From a virus (lineage: Duplodnaviria; Caudoviricetes), in the IMG/VR virus record IMGVR_UViG_3300011678_000001, positions 128,001-192,000 of that record: a stretch of 64,000 nucleotides of DNA; one strand, written 5' to 3'. The position numbers and the translations under genes are program-made. The notes under the pieces are model-generated. The model searched no databases, was not told the DNA's origin, and saw only the letters and a program-made list of their open reading frames with translations. This document shows positions 56,599 to 64,000 of the stretch, in pieces; within the stretch, counting starts at the first letter, position 1; each line of letters opens with the position of its first letter.

Positions 56599-59535
56599 AT
56601 GAGTAACAAGTACAACGGAACTTACCCAACGGCCTGGTCGGCGCGTGACATCAGCGTCTACGAGGAGTTGGGGAAAGAACCTGCCAAGACCACCAATGGT
56701 CTCTGGGTCAGTGACGTGGAGCGTGAAGCCCGTGACCTGAGTCAGTGGAGCATGGCTGAACTATATGCCCTGGCCAACAACGAGCTGATGACGCAGTACG
56801 CCTCAGGCGATGACGTCTTCTACCGTGCCCTACGGACCAAGGCCTTGCTGGAACACCGCGATGCCTTGAAGTGGGGCGAGGAAGACCTTTACGACTGGTT
56901 GATGTACGAGAAGACTCCGGCCCGTAGTCCTGGCGGGCACTTCATCAATGATCCGGATCGCTGGGTCAAAGATGCAGCCCTCTGGGATGACAGTGAGCTG
57001 TCGGATCTGGGTGCAGGCTACTTTGGGGAACTGGAGCGCAATCACTACTACATCCTCGATGAAGCCTGTGAGCGGTTTGGTCTGCCCCTTGGGATCACGT
57101 GGGACGAGTACTGCGCGTACATTCAACGCAAGGTCGAACCTGAACTCACCAGCACCGGCGTGTTGATGAACGACCGCAGGCGCGCGCTTAAAGACCTGGA
57201 CGAATGGACTGAGGCGGAGCTTAAAGCCTACGCCCTCGGTGAGATCGAGGTCGACTCCAAAGACCAGGCTCTGTTGGAGCGGGCCATTGAAACGTTCGGT
57301 GGCGAATGGTACTGGGACCGGCTGTCGTTGATGGTGTGGGTAAAGCATGGCGAGATCCCTGACTTTATTCATGACTACGACAGTTACAGCGAAGCGAAAC
57401 TCAAGCGTCTGATCCGTGAGAACAATGACCAAGGGGCATTCGATTGCCTGGCATCGTATCACTTGTCGGAAATGGATTATACGTGGTGGAACGAAGAGCA
57501 GCGTCGTGCCTATCTGTTGGACGGCATTGTTCCAGAGCCCCCTGTGGTCGAAGAAGAGGTCATTGAAGATGAGCCAGAAGCAGAAGTTGCAGATGAAGAC
57601 GGGCGTACTGGGACTGTGGTACAGCCTGAAGTCGAAGAGCTCGAAGAACCAAGCGAAGACCCCGAACCTGAACTTGGCGATGGAGGAACTGGAGAAGCAG
57701 TACCTGAAGTCGAACCTCAGTCAATGGTTTGGACCGACCTTGTTGAAGAAGGCTCTGAGCTTTTTGATGCGCTGTCGATCGGTACTTCTCAAGCGCTGAT
57801 CGCAGACGACGAACACCGTCAGTTCCTCACGGCGTCAAAGTGGAGCATGGGTGAGTTGATTGCCTGGGCACGGGACCTGATTCCTGCTGGCATGAACTCC
57901 ACGCCCTCTACGCTTGTGACCGCTCTACGGCGCTTGTGTGATGCGATCACTCCGAACTGGACCGATGATGCTGTCAAAGCATTCTTTGGTCGCCTAGAGC
58001 TTCCTGAGGGCCTTGAGACAGGGATGCTGGTCCATGATGCTGTCAGGGATCGGAAACATCCGGGTGATTGGTCCGATGACGAGCTTAAAGCGTGGGTAAA
58101 AGGTGACATCCGCTCTGCACATGCGGTGCAAGATGTCTGGTTCAGTGTTCGTGTGCATTATCGAGTACCGGATTGGCTCACTGAAGACCAAGCCCGTGAC
58201 TTTATCCTGACGGGGACACTCCCGGCTGAAGAGGTACCTCCTATTGTGGCCGGTCAAACGGTGTCTGACAAGCAATTGCAGGCATGGCTTAAGGGCGAAC
58301 TGACCATTGACGATACGGTCGATGAATCGGTGCTCTTTGCTATCGCCCGGCAACGGTATAAAATCGATGTGCATTGGACCGATGCGCACATTCTGGCCTG
58401 GATTCGGAATAAAACTGAACCTCGGGCCTTGGATGACGGCATTCTCGTGGAAGATCGCTTACGGGACTTGAGTACGCCAACCAACTGGTCGTGGAAAGAG
58501 CTGCGGGCGCTGGCACTGGGCCTGATTGACGCTGACTTTGAGGTCACAAGTGAGGCAACGATCAACCGGATACGGCGTCTGATCGACGTGCAGTTCGGCG
58601 TGAGCCCTGCTCACTGGTCAGATGAAGAAGTCCTGACCTACGTGAAGACTCAAACCGTCCCTAAGGCACTGGAAAACGGCGTGTACATCAATGACCCGAC
58701 ACGGCACCGCAAACAGGCCAGTGAATGGCGTGATGTGGAGCTTAAGGCTTGGCTCAAAGGTGAGATCGACGCGACCGTCAGTGCCACTGAAGAGGATTTG
58801 TGGGAGGAGATCTACGTACGGTTCAAGGTGCCGGTGTTCTGGTACCGTGAAGATGCACGATCCTATGTATTGGACCGTGTCATGGTGCCGTCGACTCTCT
58901 CAGGGATCTACGTCCGTGACCGTAACCGTGATGCGCGCCGGGCTCAACACTGGACGCGTCGTGAAGTCAAAGCCTGGTGCCGTGGCCAAATCCTGCCGGG
59001 TATCCACGCCAATGCTGAACAGTTGCTTGAACGCGCTAAAACCCTGTTCGGCATCTCCCATTATCTCGATGCTGACGCCGTGAAGAAACGGGTCAGTGAC
59101 ATTACTGAGGAATCCATGACCATGACTGTCAAATTCGTTGATGAAGACCTGAAGAGCTACGAAGCAGGTCGGACTGAAGCGGGCGACAACACCGATAAGG
59201 CTGCGGCCTATCAATCCCTGCTGGACCGCTGCATCAATCGCGTGCTGCGTCTGGACGGTGAAGACTTCGTGCAGGGTTGGACTGAATTGCTGAACTTCTT
59301 CCACAAGAACAGCAAGGGCATCTGCTCGGCCAAGAAGATCTACACCGGTGTAGGTAAGATGTCGATCACTCCGAAAGGCCTGCGGACCTTCCAGAACATG
59401 ACGGCCATCCTGACCAATACCTGCGACCCTTCGACTCGCGACCGTTCGGTCAACATGATCGATTGGAACGCGGCGCTGAAGGACGTGGTTAACGAGAAAG
59501 CACGCCAAAATCTTTTGCACTATTATGGAAAATAA
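56599..59535 (+). CDS. Large tandem-repeat protein with conserved C-terminal domain (phiKZ gp81-like)
   Basis: About nine D..R......W...EL.A...G.I repeats; acidic Pro/Glu linker; C-terminal domain without repeats. Confidence 0.7.
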   Translation: MSNKYNGTYPTAWSARDISVYEELGKEPAKTTNGLWVSDVEREARDLSQWSMAELYALANNELMTQYASGDDVFYRALRTKALLEHRDALKWGEEDLYDWLMYEKTPARSPGGHFINDPDRWVKDAALWDDSELSDLGAGYFGELERNHYYILDEACERFGLPLGITWDEYCAYIQRKVEPELTSTGVLMNDRRRALKDLDEWTEAELKAYALGEIEVDSKDQALLERAIETFGGEWYWDRLSLMVWVKHGEIPDFIHDYDSYSEAKLKRLIRENNDQGAFDCLASYHLSEMDYTWWNEEQRRAYLLDGIVPEPPVVEEEVIEDEPEAEVADEDGRTGTVVQPEVEELEEPSEDPEPELGDGGTGEAVPEVEPQSMVWTDLVEEGSELFDALSIGTSQALIADDEHRQFLTASKWSMGELIAWARDLIPAGMNSTPSTLVTALRRLCDAITPNWTDDAVKAFFGRLELPEGLETGMLVHDAVRDRKHPGDWSDDELKAWVKGDIRSAHAVQDVWFSVRVHYRVPDWLTEDQARDFILTGTLPAEEVPPIVAGQTVSDKQLQAWLKGELTIDDTVDESVLFAIARQRYKIDVHWTDAHILAWIRNKTEPRALDDGILVEDRLRDLSTPTNWSWKELRALALGLIDADFEVTSEATINRIRRLIDVQFGVSPAHWSDEEVLTYVKTQTVPKALENGVYINDPTRHRKQASEWRDVELKAWLKGEIDATVSATEEDLWEEIYVRFKVPVFWYREDARSYVLDRVMVPSTLSGIYVRDRNRDARRAQHWTRREVKAWCRGQILPGIHANAEQLLERAKTLFGISHYLDADAVKKRVSDITEESMTMTVKFVDEDLKSYEAGRTEAGDNTDKAAAYQSLLDRCINRVLRLDGEDFVQGWTELLNFFHKNSKGICSAKKIYTGVGKMSITPKGLRTFQNMTAILTNTCDPSTRDRSVNMIDWNAALKDVVNEKARQNLLHYYGK

Positions 59536-59556
59536 GCAAAAAAGAAAGGGTGTTTG

Positions 59557-59584
59557 ATAGATGGAGGCTTCGGCCTCCATCTAT
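59557..59584. terminator. Bidirectional hairpin
   Basis: ATAGATGGAGGC TTCG GCCTCCATCTAT between convergent genes. Confidence 0.75.
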
Positions 59585-59588
59585 TCCG

Positions 59589-60290
59589 TTATGCCCGTCT
59601 CCATGTAGGATACGTATCTAGTGAGGTACGGTACCTAACCACTGTTTCTGATACACCGAGCGAGTTCGCAGCAGCTCGAATGCTCGGGTACTCAGCACCG
59701 TCGATTATAACGACCTGTCTGTTGACAATGTCGCTCTCGGCTCTAGGGCCTCTATTTAGTGCCGCCTGACGTATACGATCTTTGTGGTCATCCGAGAACA
59801 CACGGCCCTTTGATGCAGCCCCTATCTTGCTCTTCGTCTCATCTGACATAGGCGGTCGTTTCAGCGCTGCAACAGATAGTCTCCGTTTAGTCTCTTCGCT
59901 CTTCGGGCGACCTCGGTGAGCATTACCTATCTTCTCTCTTATCTCCTCAGGCATCCCATCACTCCACAAGGAGATAGACCCCGTGCCAATGTTAGCGCAG
60001 TCAGGATCATTCTTATTGAAACGAAGCAATGACTGCTCCAGTACTTTGGACTTCTCTGGGGTGTCTACTTGAATGTATTCGACCTCAACGTTGTCCCAGT
60101 GAGTGAATCCTTCTTGCATCTTGGTGTTAGGGTGCCGTCCTGCTTGAAGACGTAATTTGTGTTCTTGAAGTCTACGCTCAAGATTACTGGTGCTTCCGAC
60201 GTAGAAACGGTCGGTCTGGGTGTCTGTGATTTTGTAAGCCGCAATAATGGATTCATCTGCGCTCATGGAGTACCTCGTGCGATCAACCAT
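59589..60290 (-). CDS. Free-standing GIY-YIG homing endonuclease with NUMOD3 repeats
   Basis: AAYKIT...FYVGSTSNLERRLQEH, EQ, N; SEETKRRLS and SDETKSKI repeats; C-terminal YPSIRAAANSLG HTH. Confidence 0.85.
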   Translation of the reverse strand: MVDRTRYSMSADESIIAAYKITDTQTDRFYVGSTSNLERRLQEHKLRLQAGRHPNTKMQEGFTHWDNVEVEYIQVDTPEKSKVLEQSLLRFNKNDPDCANIGTGSISLWSDGMPEEIREKIGNAHRGRPKSEETKRRLSVAALKRPPMSDETKSKIGAASKGRVFSDDHKDRIRQAALNRGPRAESDIVNRQVVIIDGAEYPSIRAAANSLGVSETVVRYRTSLDTYPTWRRA

Positions 60291-60402
60291 GGATCATGTC
60301 AATAATGTATCATCACAATATTCTTTATTCATCCTCTCTTACTACGGGAAATAACAAAGAAAAAACATAAGGGGAGGGCCGAAGCCCTCCTCTTATGCCG
60401 TG

Positions 60403-60687
60403 TCACCTGCCAGCTACCACATCGGTGAGTACATCGATGACGTGGGGCATTTTTTGATCGGCTACGCGCTTTGACCGTTTAGCCATGGCGATAAAATCCA
60501 GGCCGCCAGTCTTTTCATTGTAGACCCCAGACTGGATTAGACTGGCATGCATGTGACGAACCTCAGCCCGCCATCTGAGCTTACCAGCCAGAGACAAGTT
60601 CTGGTACCGATGTCGCATCTTGCGCTTGATACGAGGATGAGCCGGGAACTTAAAATCGACCAAGTCGTGTATGTACAACCCCTTCAT
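60403..60687 (-). CDS. Small basic hypothetical protein
   Basis: ORF with AGGAG RBS. Confidence 0.55.
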   Translation of the reverse strand: MKGLYIHDLVDFKFPAHPRIKRKMRHRYQNLSLAGKLRWRAEVRHMHASLIQSGVYNEKTGGLDFIAMAKRSKRVADQKMPHVIDVLTDVVAGR

Positions 60688-60701
60688 CGCAGTGGCTCCT
60701 G

Positions 60702-61295
60702 TTACAGGTTATCGATCTCTTTACGCTGCTCGGCTAACTCATCATTAAACGCATCCAGGTACAGCTTCGGATACCGTGCGTACCCACCGGTACCAAACTT
60801 CTCTTTGATGTGTTGAATCGACGGCATCACTGCCGCATTGAACGAATCGCCCTTACCCATCCGGTATTGAACCGCCCGCTCTACCATCGCAGGTACATTT
60901 CCTGGAAGCTCCCGGTCTGCGGCACACATCAGTTCAGCGAACTGGCAGGTAAACGGATCTTTACCTGAAGCCCGATGTTCACGACACCCAGCCGCTACCA
61001 ATTCACGTTGATGCTCGGTCAACGTATCGACCAGATCATAATCGGTGGTCATGATCCACTCAGCGCTTAACAAGTGATGATTGAACCGACTCCACGCAAA
61101 CATGTCATGGAAGAACGCTGAGAACAGGATCAGTACCGGTTCATGCTCCAGCCCTAAGCGGTTATTGATTTCATTGGCACACACTTCCACTGCACTGAAA
61201 TGCTTGAATCGATGGGCTTCATCATTGATCTCCCATGCCTTTGAGAAATCCTGCACAATCGCATCACGAATCGAATCGAGTTTAATGTTTAACAC
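60702..61295 (-). CDS. HD-domain phosphohydrolase
   Basis: AHRFKHF, FFHD, EHRAS, AADR. Confidence 0.8.
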   Translation of the reverse strand: MLNIKLDSIRDAIVQDFSKAWEINDEAHRFKHFSAVEVCANEINNRLGLEHEPVLILFSAFFHDMFAWSRFNHHLLSAEWIMTTDYDLVDTLTEHQRELVAAGCREHRASGKDPFTCQFAELMCAADRELPGNVPAMVERAVQYRMGKGDSFNAAVMPSIQHIKEKFGTGGYARYPKLYLDAFNDELAEQRKEIDNL

Positions 61296-61410
61296 GGTTA
61301 CAGTTCCTCACTGTGGGATATTCACGTGAATGATGTAGGGTCCAGATGCGCTGGAATCAAAGAAAAAAAACAGCGATGATGCCGGGGGCCCTAAGACCCC
61401 CTGATCGGCA

Positions 61411-61572
61411 TTAGAACGAGAAGTTACGCTTCATGACCCAAAGGCCACTGTTGTAATCTTCTTCGCGCTGCTTTTGTTCAGACTCAAGACGCTCAACTTC
61501 AGAATCGAATTCGTTCATCAGTTCGTCAAGGGACAGGGTAGCAAAGTTGGATGTAGTGTTAGTGCAAGGCAT
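61411..61572 (-). CDS. Small acidic protein (53 aa) in its own transcription unit
   Basis: MPCTNTTSNFATLSLDELMNEFDSEVERLESEQKQREEDYNSGLWVMKRNFSF; GGAG RBS, promoter motif at 61630, hairpin at ~61380-61410. Confidence 0.6.
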   Translation of the reverse strand: MPCTNTTSNFATLSLDELMNEFDSEVERLESEQKQREEDYNSGLWVMKRNFSF

Positions 61573-61698
61573 GAGAGTCAACTCCATGTAAGGTTAATTG
61601 GAAGATCGTTCTTCCTACTCACTGCTAATATGTATCGTTGAAATAATTTCGAATCGAATAAACGAGGGGCTTCCTAGCCCCTCGCTATGTCGACTCTG

Positions 61699-62700
61699 TT
61701 AGACGGTACCAGGTTGTCCTGCCAGCTCGAGTTCGTGTGCGGTCAGTGCTTTGTCGATAAGGCTGTCCATGTCAGCCAAGAGGTCGTTCACCAACAACGG
61801 GTTCTTCCACCAGTTGTAGACACTGCGTCCACGGTGGCGCTCGAAGGGGGTGCCTTCCTTCTTCTCCTGTACATCGACGGTCAGCAGTAAACTTTCATGG
61901 AAATTCCAGTCACGCTGGGTGTTGAAGGACAGGGTGTAGTCTTTCCAGTCGATCGTTGCAAAACTGTACTCGCCCTTGCCGTACAGACCAGCGTTGACCA
62001 AGTGGCGCAGTTGGATGAGGGGGTGATCCCCCGGCAATTCGATTGGAGCGTCTTTGGTACCGAAATAGTGGTGGATGAGCAGGGCCTTAGGCTCTTCTAC
62101 CGGCCGGCGCTCCGGACCGACCAGGAACTCGAACATAGGACTGTACAACACCCTGTCCAAGTAAGCAGAGTCGACTTCAACGGTATAGGGTTCGTGGAAC
62201 AGTGGACCGTTCACCTCACCCCGACCGAGGGTAACATTCGGCAGCCTCAAGCTCAGTGCACAATCCTTCCAGGAGATATGGACCTCAAGGGATTCAAAGT
62301 CGATGCGGGCAAAGGTCGTGAGGGTGGCTTCGTCTGTCGTGAGCTCGAGGGTCGTTTGGGACAGTCCTCGGTACTCACGGGCATATTTCACGATGCCCGC
62401 CAAAGGCCGATCACACGAGCCATACCACTGCTGCTGACCAATCGATTTCAATATCCCTTCAGGCAGAGCGTGGGTCTGTTTATATTGGAGCGCGTACAGT
62501 TTGGCCGCTTCCGTCTTACCGTACAGCGCTTCATCACGCTGTGTCATGAGCATGATGCCGACCAGGTTCTGCAGGTTGGCCTGAAGGCCATAAAAGACCC
62601 CAGACAGCTGCGGGTACGCTGAAAAGGCATGGCCGTCATTCAGGCTGCCGGCCAGGGTCTCGATGGCTTTTGCAATAGCTAGTTCGTTACTGGGGATCAT
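61699..62700 (-). CDS. Hypothetical protein
   Basis: 333-aa ORF with AAGGAG RBS. Confidence 0.65.
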   Translation of the reverse strand: MIPSNELAIAKAIETLAGSLNDGHAFSAYPQLSGVFYGLQANLQNLVGIMLMTQRDEALYGKTEAAKLYALQYKQTHALPEGILKSIGQQQWYGSCDRPLAGIVKYAREYRGLSQTTLELTTDEATLTTFARIDFESLEVHISWKDCALSLRLPNVTLGRGEVNGPLFHEPYTVEVDSAYLDRVLYSPMFEFLVGPERRPVEEPKALLIHHYFGTKDAPIELPGDHPLIQLRHLVNAGLYGKGEYSFATIDWKDYTLSFNTQRDWNFHESLLLTVDVQEKKEGTPFERHRGRSVYNWWKNPLLVNDLLADMDSLIDKALTAHELELAGQPGTV

Positions 62701-62790
62701 GGCTAGTCTCCTTGAGGCGGATTGGTCTGTACAGATAGGTCGGGTTGGTTTTTGGTGACTCGCAAAATAGGAGAGGGGCCGAAGCCCCTT

Positions 62791-63522
62791 TTAGGAGTCC
62801 AGGTAAAAGTACTCTGGGAATCGTTCGTCTTCAATCCTAACTATGATAGTACGGCGAGTAACTCTAATAGCCTCAGCAGCCCGCTGAGCGTTACTGTAAA
62901 CGACACCGTTCATACTGACCTTCTTGCTTGCTGTACCGCTTCTGGCAAGTTGAGCAGCACGCATGTTGGCACGATGCTCATCGCTGAATACACGCCCCTT
63001 TACACGTTCGCGACTGTTGGCTATACGTAGCTTCTCCCTGGTCTCTTCAGAGATCGGAGGGCGGTTCCGATAGACAGATGGGTCTCGTGCCAATGCACGT
63101 TCTCTCATTAGTGCGATAGTTTCAGGAGAATGTTTCTTCCCCGACATGTAAGTATTGCCTGCATGAAGCGTTTTGTTGCGCTCTGACGTAGCCTCACGCC
63201 AGTTACGGGGCATCGTGCCGGGTTTCCAGCTATTGATTGCATCGTTCAATCGATTTAGACAATCTGGATGTCCTACATGGAGATCGAGCTCAGATTGCTC
63301 AATGATGTACGCGGCATCCCGATCTGGAGTCGTAACGAATTCAATGTGTATATCTTGATCATCATCGTACAAGGACTGGAGTTGATGATTCTTGTGTATA
63401 CCGGCCCGCAGATGTGACAGATGTACGTGGAAGCGTTCGTACAGGTTGACTGTACTTCCAATGTAGAATTTACCAGAACTGATGTGATTGAGGATATAGC
63501 ATCCAGGTTCTCGTGGAATCAT
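62791..63522 (-). CDS. Free-standing GIY-YIG homing endonuclease with NUMOD3 repeats
   Basis: GCYILNH...FYIGSTVNLYERFHVH, EQ, N; GKKHSPETI and SEETREKL. Confidence 0.85.
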   Translation of the reverse strand: MIPREPGCYILNHISSGKFYIGSTVNLYERFHVHLSHLRAGIHKNHQLQSLYDDDQDIHIEFVTTPDRDAAYIIEQSELDLHVGHPDCLNRLNDAINSWKPGTMPRNWREATSERNKTLHAGNTYMSGKKHSPETIALMRERALARDPSVYRNRPPISEETREKLRIANSRERVKGRVFSDEHRANMRAAQLARSGTASKKVSMNGVVYSNAQRAAEAIRVTRRTIIVRIEDERFPEYFYLDS

Positions 63523-63569
63523 GGCTGGTTCCTTTCGGAATAAAAAGAGGGCCCGAAGGCCCTCATGAT

Positions 63570-64000
63570 CTAGCGGAGCGACAGTGTGTATTTCGAAATT
63601 ACTTTCATGTGACTGACCACCTTATTTCTGAAGAATTCCTCTTTGTTACGTCCATATTTTTGATGCTGCTCAATCTCGATGCAGCCGAAGTAAATGAACT
63701 CCGGGGTGACATCTGGCCAGTCTTTCAGTGGACGGGTCCGACCTAATACCTGCTCGTTGGACTGCCGTGAATCAATGGCGGTCGTCATGAAACTGGTGCG
63801 CAGGTTCTTGATGTCAATGGCGGTACCGCCAGAACCAATGGTGGTCACGCCGACATCGGCTTCGAGCAGTTCTTCGTACGAGTCGCCTTCAGATCCCACG
63901 TACCGAACGACGTTCAGCTCCGGGTACATCTTCTTCAAGCGTTCGACCATCAGGGTGCACATGTCCACACGGGCAAAGAACACCAGTGCCTTCTGTCCTT
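63570..64000 (-). CDS. SF2 (UvsW-like) DNA helicase, C-terminal part (phiKZ gp75-like), truncated
   Basis: GQKALVFF, motif V TTIGSGGTAIDIKNL, motif VI QVLGRTR; runs off the window. Confidence 0.85.
   Translation of the reverse strand, partial: GQKALVFFARVDMCTLMVERLKKMYPELNVVRYVGSEGDSYEELLEADVGVTTIGSGGTAIDIKNLRTSFMTTAIDSRQSNEQVLGRTRPLKDWPDVTPEFIYFGCIEIEQHQKYGRNKEEFFRNKVVSHMKVISKYTLSLR

Overview
Segment of a phiKZ-like (nucleus-forming, Chimalliviridae-type) jumbo phage genome. The host is probably Pseudomonas, inferred from the very Pseudomonas-like thyA and GC-rich codon usage. Most genes are on the minus strand. The 2-22 kb and 44-52 kb regions are accessory: many small genes, an intron-split thyA, tmk, HD, GNAT and SLOG/DprA proteins, an SspB homologue, an RNAP alpha-CTD-like protein, an ADP-ribosyltransferase-like protein, a macrodomain and a CX5R phosphatase. 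The 22-44 kb and 52-64 kb regions hold conserved core genes: baseplate and inner-head proteins with S/A-x-E protease sites, the split family-B DNA polymerase N-half, a virion RNAP beta' subunit, a UvsW-like helicase and two free-standing GIY-YIG endonucleases. The most striking unexplained signal is a non-coding RNA locus at 47.4-49.8 kb. It contains (i) an ~770-nt array of seven back-to-back, individually closed, multi-branched RNA domains, mostly with NCC-type 3' tails, two of which share a covarying CUUCAGCA hairpin; (ii) a tRNA-Pro-like cloverleaf whose anticodon loop is replaced by a 47-nt extended hairpin; and (iii) an adjacent ~415-nt structured RNA. Also found: a 289-nt ORF-less group I intron and a DnaJ-type zinc finger in thyA, and a probable programmed -1 frameshift (U UUU UUU plus stem-loop) joining two tail-assembly-chaperone-like ORFs. 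All homology calls come from motif recognition by eye, not database searches; phiKZ gp numbers are tentative.
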